Shown: positions 19,446 through 30,014, numbered from the stretch's first letter. The stretch: DNA of 64,000 nt from an uncultured bacterium (GCA_963843795.1 CAWJLW010000006.1:1550001-1614000), one strand, 5' to 3'. A program made the numbers and translations. Notes: generated by a model from the sequence alone, not told the origin.

Positions 19446-20558
19446 TTATTTCTGGGTCGCGCAAAACGCGTCGGCTAAAATCTGCACATTGGCTTCAATC
19501 GAAAATAATTCCGCGACCCGTGCGCGCGCCAGTTCGCAGCGAGCGATTAAAGTCGCACGATCAGTGTTCCAATCATGCCACAATTCACGCACGCTTTGGC
19601 CAAGAGCCACATCCTCATTCTCGCACAAATAAGCGATGCTGTGGTCGCAAAAATCGCTCACGCCTCCGACATGGGTCGCTACAATTGGCAACCCGCACGC
19701 CGCCGCTTCCAGCAAAACATTCGGTAAACCATCGCGGTCGCCATCATCCGCAATTTGCGAAGGTAAAACCAGCGCGTCCGCTTCGTGCATCGCATCAATA
19801 ACCTGAGTCGATTCCAGCGCACCGGCCAAAAAAACGCGCTCTTGCAAAGTTAATTGCGCGACTTGCTTTTCCAATGCATCACGTTCTGGCCCATCACCGA
19901 TAATTACGGCCTGCCAAGCAGCGTCTTGCCACGCTGCAAGTACTTGCAGCCAACGAGACATACCTTTTTTCGGCACCAAGCGCCCGACGCTTAACAAACG
20001 CAGCGGCCCATCAGGTTTGGTCAAATTCGGGGGTTGAAAGCTGAAATCGTGCAAGGGAATTCCGTGCGGAATATAATGAATTTTCGCAGCGCAATCGGGC
20101 ACTAGCTGCGCCAAAAAACGCGCACCTTGCCGCGTGCAGACGGCAGCAAAAGTTGCTGAACGCAGTTTGGTTTCCCAATCGCGCCCGTCAACCCACAAAT
20201 CGCGGGCGTGTCCACTGAAACTCCAAGTCAAATCCAATTCCTGCGCCGCGCCTTGCGCGATTTCAGCGGGAAACGAAGCCCAGCCCGCGTGCAAATGAGT
20301 CACGTCTTTTAATAAACCATCGCGTTCACGCAACGCCCAATCGCGGCCAAGATTATGAAAATAAGTCGTCGGGTTCATTTTGCGTTTGACCGCTTCCCAA
20401 GCCCCACCGCTTGCGCCCAAATCGTACGCGCCTTGTCCGGCTTCGAGCGCGAAAATCACAATTTCAAAGCCCGCGTTGCGCAGTGCTTCGATTTCACGCG
20501 CGATGAAAGTTTCAGTTTGATGCGGAAAGCGATGCAGCAGATAGGCGATTTTCATCAT
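19446..20558 (-). CDS. Glycosyltransferase family 4
   Basis: ETFIAREI, SVGRLVPKKG, DGLPNVLLEAAACGLP. Confidence 0.92.
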   Translation of the reverse strand: MMKIAYLLHRFPHQTETFIAREIEALRNAGFEIVIFALEAGQGAYDLGASGGAWEAVKRKMNPTTYFHNLGRDWALRERDGLLKDVTHLHAGWASFPAEIAQGAAQELDLTWSFSGHARDLWVDGRDWETKLRSATFAAVCTRQGARFLAQLVPDCAAKIHYIPHGIPLHDFSFQPPNLTKPDGPLRLLSVGRLVPKKGMSRWLQVLAAWQDAAWQAVIIGDGPERDALEKQVAQLTLQERVFLAGALESTQVIDAMHEADALVLPSQIADDGDRDGLPNVLLEAAACGLPIVATHVGGVSDFCDHSIAYLCENEDVALGQSVRELWHDWNTDRATLIARCELARARVAELFSIEANVQILADAFCATQK

Positions 20559-21209
20559 TCAATTTCCGTGTTTGATAACAACCGGCAAATCGTCCAACGC
20601 AGTCAAAATTTCGCGCACGTTTTTCTCGACATCTTCTTCCCAAACCGCGCTAATGGTCGCGACGCCATGCGCGCCCGCATCCAAACACGCTTGAGCGTTT
20701 TGTGCGTTCACGCCTCCGATTGCGTAAACCGGCACGCGCGATTGCGCGCACACCTCGCGCAACTTTCCGATGCCTTGCGGCGCGCTTTCAGGATGCGATT
20801 TCGTCGGGAAAACAGAACCGAAAATCAGGTAATCCGCGCCTTCTTCGATGGCGCGTTTTGCAGTTTCGGGCGAGTGAACCGAAACGCCGATGCGCGCGTG
20901 ATTATCGAGCGATAAGCGCGCTTGTCGTGGCGCGATTTCGTTTTCGGGCAAGTGCAAACCTTGCGCGTAAATCGTGCGCGCGATGTCGGCGCGCGCGTTG
21001 ATCGAAATTTGTGCGCCAAATTTTTCGCACAATTTCTGGGCTTTGAAAGCCAGCGCTAAAAGTTCGCGCGGCGCGAGTTCGCGTTCGCGCAGTTGAATCC
21101 AGCGCGCACCGCCGCGCAGGGCGTTTAAAATCGCTAAATCGAAGGACGGGCGCATCAGTGCGCGTTGGGTGATGACAATTAATCGGGGCCAATTCGGGCT
21201 TGCATTCAT
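20559..21209 (-). CDS. thiE: Thiamine phosphate synthase / TenI family protein
   Basis: IQLRE, GVSVHS, FGSVFPTKSH, YAIGGV; could be a TenI-like paralog. Confidence 0.8.
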   Translation of the reverse strand: MNASPNWPRLIVITQRALMRPSFDLAILNALRGGARWIQLRERELAPRELLALAFKAQKLCEKFGAQISINARADIARTIYAQGLHLPENEIAPRQARLSLDNHARIGVSVHSPETAKRAIEEGADYLIFGSVFPTKSHPESAPQGIGKLREVCAQSRVPVYAIGGVNAQNAQACLDAGAHGVATISAVWEEDVEKNVREILTALDDLPVVIKHGN

Positions 21210-21280
21210 CTTCTTGGTTTATCTGCTTTACGAAATTCGTGGTTGCCGCATGGGGCGCGATTGGCAAGTACTTGCAAGGT

Positions 21281-22282
21281 ATGAACGGATTTAGCGCGGC
21301 GTTTGGCGTGGCTTTGGTTGGCACGTTGAAAGTGTTTTCGATGGGATTTTGTGGTTGGTGGTTCGTGCGGCGCGGCTGGCTGCCCGCGTCCACGTTGCAA
21401 CCTTTAGGGCAACTCATCGCCTTTCTCACTCTGCCCTGCCTCATTTTCTACCGTTTTGCCACGCACTTCGACCCGCAGGAATTTCCCGACTGGCCCAAAT
21501 ACGCGCTCATCGGCGGCGCGATTACCGCTGTCGGTTTACTATTGGGCCGCTTGCTTTCGATTCGTCACCGCGACAACAACGAAGCCACGATGATGATCGG
21601 CTTTCAAAACGCCGGCTTTTTCGTACTGCCGATGCTGCAAGCGATTTTACCCGCCGACCAGTTCCCGCGCGCCTCGCTTTTATTGTTCGTTTTAATTATT
21701 CCATTTAATGCCTTGTTATGGCTGTTCGGTTCGCAATTATTGTTGGGCCGCAGAGGTTTGTCGGCGCGCGCAGTTTTTACGCCGCCATTTTGCGCGACCA
21801 TCGGCAGCGTTTTGTTGTTTTCGCTCGCCCACGATTGGCTGCATCAGTTCGACACGTCTCTGGTATGGCATGTGATGTTTGGCGACGACAAATCGGTCGG
21901 TGCAATGCAACTCATCGGCGATTTGACGGTACCATTGGCGACGCTTGTTCTGGGCGCATCAATTGGCGCCGATGTGCAAGGCAAGCTCAGCGCTTTACCT
22001 TGGAAACGTGCGACAATGGAAGTAATGCTGGTCAAAATGCTGATTTATCCGTTTCTCGGCTGGCTCGCGCTACGCGCGTTTTTGCCACCGATTTCGCAGG
22101 GGGGCGATGTGGTGATCTGGGTTTTATTGATGTTGGAATTCGCTTCCCCGCCCGCCATTAATGTTCCGGTTTTCGCACGCCAACACGATTATCCGATGCG
22201 TTACATTCCCGCAGCGTGTTTGATCAGTTACGCCGTTGGCATGCTGACAATTCCATTCTGGATCGCTCTGATTTCACGTTGA
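21281..22282 (+). CDS. AEC (auxin efflux carrier) family transporter
   Basis: TLPCLIF, FQNAGF, VPLATLVLGA, ASPPA. Confidence 0.85.
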   Translation: MNGFSAAFGVALVGTLKVFSMGFCGWWFVRRGWLPASTLQPLGQLIAFLTLPCLIFYRFATHFDPQEFPDWPKYALIGGAITAVGLLLGRLLSIRHRDNNEATMMIGFQNAGFFVLPMLQAILPADQFPRASLLLFVLIIPFNALLWLFGSQLLLGRRGLSARAVFTPPFCATIGSVLLFSLAHDWLHQFDTSLVWHVMFGDDKSVGAMQLIGDLTVPLATLVLGASIGADVQGKLSALPWKRATMEVMLVKMLIYPFLGWLALRAFLPPISQGGDVVIWVLLMLEFASPPAINVPVFARQHDYPMRYIPAACLISYAVGMLTIPFWIALISR

Positions 22283-22385
22283 ATTGAAATCGGCAAATTG
22301 TATTCTTTAAAATTCGGGACTTGCGCGCCGCTTTTGCTGTCGATTAAAATGAGGCCGTAATCAAATACAGTTTTAAAAGAACGCT

Positions 22386-22706
22386 ATGAATATGTTTGGA
22401 TTGGCTATTGCCACAATGGGAGCGCTGGCGGTGATATTGCCGGCACGCAGCGAAGCAAAAAAGCTGCGCAATGCAATTCCGCAATCGACGGTGAATCTGA
22501 AAATGCCTGCTGATTCCAATGCGTTGCAGTTTGAAAAAGGAACGATTCGCGTCCGAAACGGCCTTATTCTCGATGGCAAACCATTAAAAATCAAACGTAG
22601 TAAAGAAACTTTGATTTTGCCCGTTGACGGCAAACTGCGCACTCAAAAATTTAAGCTCCAAAAGCTCAAAGCGCCGAAGAAAATCCAGATTGTGCCCGTC
22701 AAATAG
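22386..22706 (+). CDS. Small basic secreted hypothetical protein
   Basis: Signal peptide ending SEA, Lys-rich mature region. Confidence 0.6.
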   Translation: MNMFGLAIATMGALAVILPARSEAKKLRNAIPQSTVNLKMPADSNALQFEKGTIRVRNGLILDGKPLKIKRSKETLILPVDGKLRTQKFKLQKLKAPKKIQIVPVK

Positions 22707-22768
22707 TCCGAATCTCCTGCAAGTACTTGCAGAGCAACTTAGCGCGCAACATCTCGTCGTTTTTCGTC

Positions 22769-23614
22769 ATGCCTGAACTTCCTGAAGCTGAAACCGTGCG
22801 CGCTCAACTCGAGCCGCAATTAGTCGGACAAACTATCGTTCAAACGTGGGCGCGACTGCCGCGCATCACGCTTCCCGACATTGAAACCTTCCAAACCCAA
22901 ACCGAAAATGCGCGCGTCGTGGGCGCCAAACGGCGCGGCAAGCAGATTTATTTTCCGCTCGATAACGGTTGGAATTTGCTCATTCATCTCGGCATGACCG
23001 GACGCGTTCACGTCGAAGCCGATGACGATAATTTCAGCGTCGAAAACTTGCCCAAACACGTTCACGGAGTTTTGCGTTTGGACAACCAAACGCGGATGAT
23101 TTTCACCGACCCGCGCACATTCGGTAAGCTCGGCGTTGCCCAAGAATTGCCGTTTTTGACGCAAATGGGGCCGGAACCTTTGGATTTAGATTTCGATATC
23201 GCCGCTTTTGTCGCGCTCTTGCACACGCGCAAAACCAAAATTAAAGCCGCCCTGCTCGACCAAAAACTAGTCGCGGGACTGGGCAATATATACGCGGACG
23301 AAGTGTGCTTTCTCGCGCGCGTTCATCCCGCCACACGCGCCTGCGATATTCCATTGGATACTCTGAAAGTACTTGCGGGCCACATGAAACCGGTTTTGGA
23401 ACGCGCAATTCAAGCGCGCGGCGCTACGCTCAAAGATGGCGGTTATCAGGACACTTTCGGCCAAGAAGGCGCGTTTTATCCGCAAGCCTACGGACGCACC
23501 GGAGATCCGTGCGATAATTGCGGCACGCTCATCGAACGCGGTGTTCTGGGCGCGAGCAAAACTGCGCGCTCGTATCATTTCTGCCCGAATTGCCAGCCAT
23601 TGAAAGGCGAATAA
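22769..23614 (+). CDS. mutM: Formamidopyrimidine-DNA glycosylase
   Basis: MPELPE start, HLGMTG, GLGNIYADE, C4 zinc finger CDNC...CPNC. Confidence 0.96.
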   Translation: MPELPEAETVRAQLEPQLVGQTIVQTWARLPRITLPDIETFQTQTENARVVGAKRRGKQIYFPLDNGWNLLIHLGMTGRVHVEADDDNFSVENLPKHVHGVLRLDNQTRMIFTDPRTFGKLGVAQELPFLTQMGPEPLDLDFDIAAFVALLHTRKTKIKAALLDQKLVAGLGNIYADEVCFLARVHPATRACDIPLDTLKVLAGHMKPVLERAIQARGATLKDGGYQDTFGQEGAFYPQAYGRTGDPCDNCGTLIERGVLGASKTARSYHFCPNCQPLKGE

Positions 23615-24195
23615 TGAACCACCTCAATGAAGATTTGTTTCATGCGGTCACAACCAATAACAAAGCCGAAGTTAAGAAGCTTTTGAAGCGGAAAGCGAAT
23701 CCGAATTACATTCAAAGTGATGGCTACACGCTGCTTCATTGGGCGGCGCAGGAAGGTTTCGTCAAAGTCGCCAAACTGCTTGTCCAATACGGAGCAGACG
23801 TGAACGCTAGCGACGACAATCAAATGACACCACTTTACAACTCTGCAGGGCGCGACTTTAAAATGGTCAAAACGCTGATTGAATTGGGTGCCGATGTCAA
23901 CAAACACCAGCCAAATGGTGTGGCGTTGCATAACGCCGTTTCGTGGGAAAGTACCGAAATTGTAGAATTTCTTTTGGCGCATGGCGCCAAGCCGAATATC
24001 GCTGACGACGAAGGTCAAACGCCGCTATTCTTTGCCGCCTCAGCCGAAAATCTTGAAATCGCTAAGTTGCTAATCGCTCACGGCGCGAATAAAACCGTGA
24101 AAGACAACAACGGCAAAACGCCGTTAGATACCATCGCCGATAAAAAAGCCGAAGCCATCGCGCGATTTGAAAAGATGTCGAAAGTTTTGAAATAG
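23614..24195 (+). CDS. Ankyrin repeat protein
   Basis: About 5 ankyrin repeats (GYTLLHWAA, TPLY, GQTPLFFAA, GKTPLD); TAATG overlap with mutM. Confidence 0.9.
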   Translation: MNHLNEDLFHAVTTNNKAEVKKLLKRKANPNYIQSDGYTLLHWAAQEGFVKVAKLLVQYGADVNASDDNQMTPLYNSAGRDFKMVKTLIELGADVNKHQPNGVALHNAVSWESTEIVEFLLAHGAKPNIADDEGQTPLFFAASAENLEIAKLLIAHGANKTVKDNNGKTPLDTIADKKAEAIARFEKMSKVLK

Positions 24196-24364
24196 ATTTG
24201 TCGCTACAAAAATACAAAATCAGCGTGGGAGATGTTCTCCCACGCTTTTTCCAATTTTGACTTCTCATCGAAACCTGCCAAGCGCAAAAATGGGAATTTC
24301 ATTAGACTTTCTGCAACAAAATTCACCGCAAGTACTTGCAGCACACATCGAACTTATTTTCTTT

Positions 24365-25234
24365 ATGAACGCCAACCATTTTCACGCACCCGCTACGTTT
24401 TTACTGCGACCTTACGTGCAAAACGCACTGAGCGAAGATATTCGTTCCGGCGACATCACGACGCAAGCGATGGTGCCAGCCGAAATTCGCGGCGATGCGC
24501 GACTGAATGCGCGCGAAAATGGCGTGGTTTGCGGCGTCGAACTAGCGCGGCTGGCGTTTTCGATGTTGGACGAAGACATGCAGATCGACATCGAAAAAGC
24601 CGATGGCGCGAGTGTGGAAAAGGGCGACACGATCCTGCGCGTGCGCGCCAATGGTCGCGCGATTTTGACCGGCGAGCGCGTAGCTTTGAATTTCATGCAG
24701 CGTCTGTGCGGCATCGCGACTTTGACGCAGCAGTTCGTGCGCGAAACCGAAGGCACGAGCGCGCGCATTGTCGATACGCGCAAAACCACGCCGGGCTTGC
24801 GTCTGCTGGAAAAATACGCGGTGCGCTGCGGCGGCGGCGACAATCACCGTTTCGCGCTGGACGATTTGATTTTGATCAAAGATAATCACATCGTGCTGTG
24901 CGGCGGCATCGCGCCCGCCATTGAACGCGCGCGTGAAAATGTCGGCCACGCAGTGAAAATCGAAGTCGAATGCGATACGTTGAAACAAGTCGAAATCGCC
25001 GCGCAAAACAAAGCCGATATTATTCTCTTGGATAACATGAACGCTGAAACTTTGCGCATAGCCGTCGAAAAAGCCAAAAATCTGCACCCGACGGTTTTGT
25101 GCGAAGCCAGCGGCGGTATTAATTTGCAAACCGTGCGCGCGGCGGCGCAATCGGGCGTCGATTTAATTTCGGTCGGCGCGCTAACGCATTCAGCGCGCTC
25201 AATGGATATCGGGCTGGATATTGAGTTGGATTGA
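24365..25234 (+). CDS. nadC: Nicotinate-nucleotide pyrophosphorylase (carboxylating)
   Basis: DTRKTTPGLR, LIKDNH, LLDNM, EASGGI, SVGALTHSA. Confidence 0.96.
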   Translation: MNANHFHAPATFLLRPYVQNALSEDIRSGDITTQAMVPAEIRGDARLNARENGVVCGVELARLAFSMLDEDMQIDIEKADGASVEKGDTILRVRANGRAILTGERVALNFMQRLCGIATLTQQFVRETEGTSARIVDTRKTTPGLRLLEKYAVRCGGGDNHRFALDDLILIKDNHIVLCGGIAPAIERARENVGHAVKIEVECDTLKQVEIAAQNKADIILLDNMNAETLRIAVEKAKNLHPTVLCEASGGINLQTVRAAAQSGVDLISVGALTHSARSMDIGLDIELD

Positions 25235-25243
25235 ATATGTAGT

Positions 25244-26095
25244 TCAAAACCATTTCAGCCACGCCACGCGCCAAAACAGGCAGAAGCCGGCGAACGTGTT
25301 TAAAAGTGGAAACCAGCGATACAAACACATCACACCCGCTTCACTGCCCGCTTGCAATGAACGCCACATCATCAGCGCGTATAAAATTCCCAAAACAACC
25401 GAAAGCCACGTCAGCGCGCTGAAAGATAGGAATGCGGCGCCGAGATAGAGAAACAAGCAAAACCATAACGTGCCGCGCAAGCCGAGCCACGTAGCGATTG
25501 TGGGCACGCGCGCTTGTTTATCGGCGCTGATATCGGGCACGGCGGAATATGCGTGCATCGCCATCACCCAGCACCATGCGGCGATGATGTAAGGCCACGA
25601 GAAATTTTCACCGCCCAAAAGCGCATACGCGAAAAATGCGGGGCAGACATAGAGCAGGTTGAAAATCGAGTCGATTAATGGGCGCGCTTTGGCGCGAATT
25701 GGCGGCGCGGAATATTGATGCGACAAAAACGCGAAAAACAGCAAGGTCAGAATGCAGCGCGCGTTGGTGAATAAAAGCGCGATGACGAGAAAGGGCGCAA
25801 CATATTTCCATAAAGCGCGCTGCAAGTACTTGCGACGCTCGGGCGGCAGCGAATTTTCATAGCCGCTTTTCTTTTCGTTAATTTGGTCGGTTTCCCAATC
25901 GTGAATATCGTTGACGCCGTAAATAAACAAATTCGCGGGAAAGAGAAACCCTGCGGCGAACAGCAGAACGCGCCAATCGAGCAGGTCGCGCGGCTGATTG
26001 GCTCCGATGATAAGTCCGACGATATACGGCCCGAAAGTGTAAATCCAGAAACGCGGGCGGCTGAGATGAAGTAAATTAGTTGGCGGCAAAGACAT
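25244..26095 (-). CDS. UbiA-family prenyltransferase, lycopene elongase/hydratase (LyeJ/CrtEb-like)
   Basis: LSRPRFW, YGVNDIHDWETD..N.KK, YSAPPIRAK, MAMHAYSAVPDISAD. Confidence 0.8.
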   Translation of the reverse strand: MSLPPTNLLHLSRPRFWIYTFGPYIVGLIIGANQPRDLLDWRVLLFAAGFLFPANLFIYGVNDIHDWETDQINEKKSGYENSLPPERRKYLQRALWKYVAPFLVIALLFTNARCILTLLFFAFLSHQYSAPPIRAKARPLIDSIFNLLYVCPAFFAYALLGGENFSWPYIIAAWCWVMAMHAYSAVPDISADKQARVPTIATWLGLRGTLWFCLFLYLGAAFLSFSALTWLSVVLGILYALMMWRSLQAGSEAGVMCLYRWFPLLNTFAGFCLFWRVAWLKWF

Positions 26096-26116
26096 ACCCA
26101 GAAAGGATAATCGTTC

Positions 26117-26905
26117 GTGTCGAAATTCGGTATCTCAGTGGCGATTTTAATGGCAGTTTCCGGCTTTTTTGTGGCGCGCGTGCCCCAAGCGACGCGGCCC
26201 GAACTGGCGGGAGTTTCTTCCATTTTCGTCATTTTGTTCGCCATTCCCTCCTATTACGCGCTGTGGCGCTGGCTGGGAAGAACGCGCGCGCTTCAAGTAC
26301 TGGCAGCGCTCGGCGCGTTTGCCGTCGGTATCGAAGCGTTCGCGATTGCAACTGGCTTTCCTTATGGCGGTTTTGATTACGGCGATAAAATTGGCGCGAA
26401 AGTTTTGGGACTTGTGCCGTGGACAGTTCCGTTCGCGTGGACTCCGCAAGTGTTGGGCGCTTTCGCGCTCAATGCGCACTGGCCATTTGAGCGCTCGCGT
26501 ACTTTCGATTTGAAGCGGGCAATTATTGGCGGAACATTGGTGCTTTTGAGCTTCGACTTAGTGCTCGATCCGGGCGCGGTGCAGCAGAAGTTTTGGTCGT
26601 ACACGCATCCGGGAATTTATTACGGCGTGCCGTTTTCCAATTTCGCGGGCTGGCTGCTTTCGGGCGCCATCGGCATGGCGATTTTATGGAGCTTGTCGCG
26701 CGAGAAATTGCGCGAAACCATGCCGCCACGCGCCTTGATGATTAGCGTGACATGGATCCTTTGCTTCTGGACAAGCGTTTGTGGATGGTCGGCATTGTGG
26801 TTGCCGTGCGTTATCGGAGCGATTTTGCTGGGAATTTTATTTCGCGCTTTGAACTCAAAGCAGAAGCCCATTCAGAACGCGACCGAAACCACAGCCTCAG
26901 CATAA
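26117..26905 (+). CDS. cruF: Carotenoid 1,2-hydratase, CruF family
   Basis: E..AIATGFPYG.F.Y, VPWTVPFAW, DLVLDPGAV, YYGVPFSNFAGW. Confidence 0.8.
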   Translation: MSKFGISVAILMAVSGFFVARVPQATRPELAGVSSIFVILFAIPSYYALWRWLGRTRALQVLAALGAFAVGIEAFAIATGFPYGGFDYGDKIGAKVLGLVPWTVPFAWTPQVLGAFALNAHWPFERSRTFDLKRAIIGGTLVLLSFDLVLDPGAVQQKFWSYTHPGIYYGVPFSNFAGWLLSGAIGMAILWSLSREKLRETMPPRALMISVTWILCFWTSVCGWSALWLPCVIGAILLGILFRALNSKQKPIQNATETTASA

Positions 26906-26918
26906 TTTCCAATCTTAT

Positions 26919-26950
26919 AAATCGCCCTGCAAGTACTTGCAGGGCGATTT
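26919..26950. terminator. 32-bp perfect palindrome centred on GCAAGTACTTGC
   Basis: AAATCGCCCTGCAAGT|ACTTGCAGGGCGATTT followed by T. Confidence 0.8.
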
Positions 26951-27044
26951 TGCACGACGCTTGGCAGCGATAAGCAGTTTCGGCTTGGTCACACGCGCGC
27001 TGTGTCGTATCTTTTGTGTTTGAACTGTTAATAATTGTTTTCTT

Positions 27045-29936
27045 ATGTCTCGTTTCTCGCATTTGCGCTGGCTGTTTGGTCTGCTTTTCATCGCCACCTT
27101 TGTTTCCGCCGCACCCCAAAAACCCGCGCCCAAACGCGGCACGCCATTGACATCACGCGGACAAGTTGTGCCGCCGGTTGTGATGCCACCCAAACCGACG
27201 CCGCGCCCAACGCGCGTGCCCACACCGCGTCCAGTTCCAACGCCGACGGCGGTTCCGCTGCGCACTTTCCCCTTCGCGCTACCCGCGTTCGATAGCAGCC
27301 GTACCGCGACCGATGTGTCGAGTTTGAACGATATGCCAGCGGGCAAATTAGGCTTTGTGACGACACGCGGCGAACATTTCGTCGATGGCGGCGGGCGCAC
27401 TTTGCGATTCTGGGGAGTGAATTTGAACTTCGCGGGCGTCTTTCCGCCCAAAAGCGAAGCGCCCAAAATCGCCGCGCGACTGGCCAAATTCGGCTTCAAC
27501 AGCGCGCGCATTCATCACTTTGAAGGCTACGCCGCGCCCAGCGGAATCTGGAAAGCCTACGCCGTCGGCAGTTCGCGCATCGCAATTCCGCGCGAGTTCG
27601 ATCCCGAACAGGTGGATCGAATGGACTTTTTCATGTCCGAACTCATCAAGCACGGCATTTATCTCGATTTTAATTTACACGTCGGGCGCAAAGTGATGGA
27701 GGGCGAAGGCGTGAAATCGCCGTCGCGTTTGCCGGAAAAAGACAAGGGCATCAACTTTTTCGATCCCGATTTACAAAAATTATCCAACGACTTTGCCCGC
27801 CAACTTTTGACCCACGTCAATCCCTACACCAAGCGCGCTTACAAAGACGAGCCGGGCGTATGCGCAGTTGAAGTAAGCAACGAAAATTCGCTTCTGGGAA
27901 TGTGGCTCAACAACGAATTCAAGGCCGGGCCAGAAGCCTCGCAAATGTTGCAGGAAAAATGGAATGCGTGGCTCAACAAGCGTTATTCCGAAGTGACGCT
28001 GCGCCGCGCATGGACAGAAATCGACGAGCCAATTAAAACCACCAACATCTTGGCGGGCGAACTGCCTTTCGATGTTATTAATCCCGACGCGCCCGATGCG
28101 AAAATTTCTATCGCTTCCAAAACTCTGGACGGTCCATTTTCGCTCGCGACCGTGACCGGCGCGCAGGGCACGCTGGTTTTTGACCGCGTCAGCGGCCCGA
28201 CTGTTGACGGTTTTGTGCGGCCCGGTCTGACCGCTAATTTGCAAAAAACCGGCACCGTGACGTGGGCGTTTCAGATGAACCGCGACGGCTTGGATTTGCA
28301 GGACGGACACCCTTACACGCTTTCTTTTTGGGCGCGCTCGGATTTGCGGCGCACGATTTCGGTGAACCTGTGGCAAGACCAGATGCCGCGCCGTTTCGGC
28401 GGCTTTACTGGCTACGCGAACCTCACGCCCGACTGGCAAAAATTTACTTTCACTTTTCGCCCCACCAATCCGGATCCGAACCATTCGCGCCTGAGCTGGA
28501 ATTTCGGCAATGTGGCCGGACAAGTTCAACTGGGCGAAATCGAATTATTCGAAGGCGGGCGCATCGCCGCGCCCAGCGAGTGGACATTGAGTAGCGGCAT
28601 TCCGCTGCTCGATTTTAAAAACACCCAAGTCATGGTGGCACGCCGCGACTACGCCGAATTTCTGGGCGAAATCGAGCGCGATTGGGTGCGCGGCTCGCGC
28701 AAGTACTTGCGCGATTTAGGCGTGCGTGTGCCGATCTGGCACACGCAAGCGCAGTTCGGCGGTTGGGGTGGCGTGTCGCGGGAAATGCTTTCTGATGTGA
28801 TTGATGCGCACGCTTACTGGAAGCATCCCAATCTTGGCGGCGATGGTTGGAGCGGTGCAAGTTGGACTGTCGAAAATAAATCGATGACCGGCGCAGGTGG
28901 TATCGACCCGCTGAGCGCTTTTTCGCTTCTGCGCGTGCCCGGCAAGCCTTTTGTAATGACCGAATGGAACGCCGGACAACCGAGCGATTTCGGCGCGGAA
29001 TCGTTGGTAATGGCGGCGGCCTTTGCGGCGTGGCAAGACTGGGCAGGCATCTGGGTTTTCGACTACCACTCGGCAGGGCCATACGACCGTGACCATTTTG
29101 AAGGCTTTTTTTCCATCGACTCGCATCCGGTCAAAATGGCGACCGCGCCCACTGCCGCACTTTTATTTCGTCGTCCTGATAAAGATGATCGCACTGGAGA
29201 ATTTTTGCCCGGTGATGTCAAAGTCGCTGCTGATAGCGCGACGACCACGCTCAACGTGCCCCTCGATACGCTGTGGCTGGAAGTCGCTAATGCGCCCGGC
29301 CCACCGACCGCCGCGCCGATTGTGAAAACGTGGAATCAGGCAGGCGGTGCGCGAACTGCGCCACTGACCGGTAAGGTTTACGCGCAAATAGGGAGCGGAG
29401 TGTTTGCAACGGCCTCGCGTTCGATGCTGGACGATGGTAGCACAAAGTGGAGTTCGGATTCAGGTCAGATAAAATGGAACAACACCGATTCCCTGTGGAG
29501 TTTAAACACGCCGCGCACCAAAATCCTTGCCGGCTCTCTGGGCGGACGTCGTATGGAACTGGACGAATGGAGCGTTGATATGCCGCCCAGCAAGGGCAAT
29601 TACGCGACATGGGCCTTAACCTCGTTGGACAATCGTGAAATTCCCGCATCGCGCCGTCTGCTTCTGACGGTCGCGGGTCGCGCCGAGAATTTGGATATGG
29701 GCTGGAACGCGCAACGCACATCGGTCGGCGCGCAATGGGGCAATGGGCCGACGCGCGTCGAAGGCATCACCGGACGCGTCGAGATCCTGGGCGATAATCG
29801 TGACTGGCAAGTATGGGCTTTGGACACAACCGGCGCACGGATGCGCCGCTTGCCCTCCCTATGGCGCAATGGCGCACTGAGCTTCGCTGCACTACCCGAT
29901 TACCAAACCCTGTGGTACGAAATCGCAACGCCTTGA
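27045..29936 (+). CDS. Secreted GH-A clan (GH5-like) glycoside hydrolase with inserted CBM4/9-like module
   Basis: Signal peptide, Pro/Thr linker, RFWGVN, VNPYT, EVSNENS (acid/base), DAHAYW, FVMTEWN (nucleophile), YTLSFWARS. Confidence 0.8.
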   Translation: MSRFSHLRWLFGLLFIATFVSAAPQKPAPKRGTPLTSRGQVVPPVVMPPKPTPRPTRVPTPRPVPTPTAVPLRTFPFALPAFDSSRTATDVSSLNDMPAGKLGFVTTRGEHFVDGGGRTLRFWGVNLNFAGVFPPKSEAPKIAARLAKFGFNSARIHHFEGYAAPSGIWKAYAVGSSRIAIPREFDPEQVDRMDFFMSELIKHGIYLDFNLHVGRKVMEGEGVKSPSRLPEKDKGINFFDPDLQKLSNDFARQLLTHVNPYTKRAYKDEPGVCAVEVSNENSLLGMWLNNEFKAGPEASQMLQEKWNAWLNKRYSEVTLRRAWTEIDEPIKTTNILAGELPFDVINPDAPDAKISIASKTLDGPFSLATVTGAQGTLVFDRVSGPTVDGFVRPGLTANLQKTGTVTWAFQMNRDGLDLQDGHPYTLSFWARSDLRRTISVNLWQDQMPRRFGGFTGYANLTPDWQKFTFTFRPTNPDPNHSRLSWNFGNVAGQVQLGEIELFEGGRIAAPSEWTLSSGIPLLDFKNTQVMVARRDYAEFLGEIERDWVRGSRKYLRDLGVRVPIWHTQAQFGGWGGVSREMLSDVIDAHAYWKHPNLGGDGWSGASWTVENKSMTGAGGIDPLSAFSLLRVPGKPFVMTEWNAGQPSDFGAESLVMAAAFAAWQDWAGIWVFDYHSAGPYDRDHFEGFFSIDSHPVKMATAPTAALLFRRPDKDDRTGEFLPGDVKVAADSATTTLNVPLDTLWLEVANAPGPPTAAPIVKTWNQAGGARTAPLTGKVYAQIGSGVFATASRSMLDDGSTKWSSDSGQIKWNNTDSLWSLNTPRTKILAGSLGGRRMELDEWSVDMPPSKGNYATWALTSLDNREIPASRRLLLTVAGRAENLDMGWNAQRTSVGAQWGNGPTRVEGITGRVEILGDNRDWQVWALDTTGARMRRLPSLWRNGALSFAALPDYQTLWYEIATP

Positions 29937-29985
29937 TAACTTAGTTTAGGTTCTACATTCTTTGCACGAAATTGCAAATTTCTCG

Positions 29986-30014
29986 TTGACAAGTCGCGCA
30001 GGAATCGCTATAAT
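29986..30014 (+). promoter_or_regulatory. Perfect consensus sigma70 promoter
   Basis: TTGACA-17 nt-TATAAT. Confidence 0.85.
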
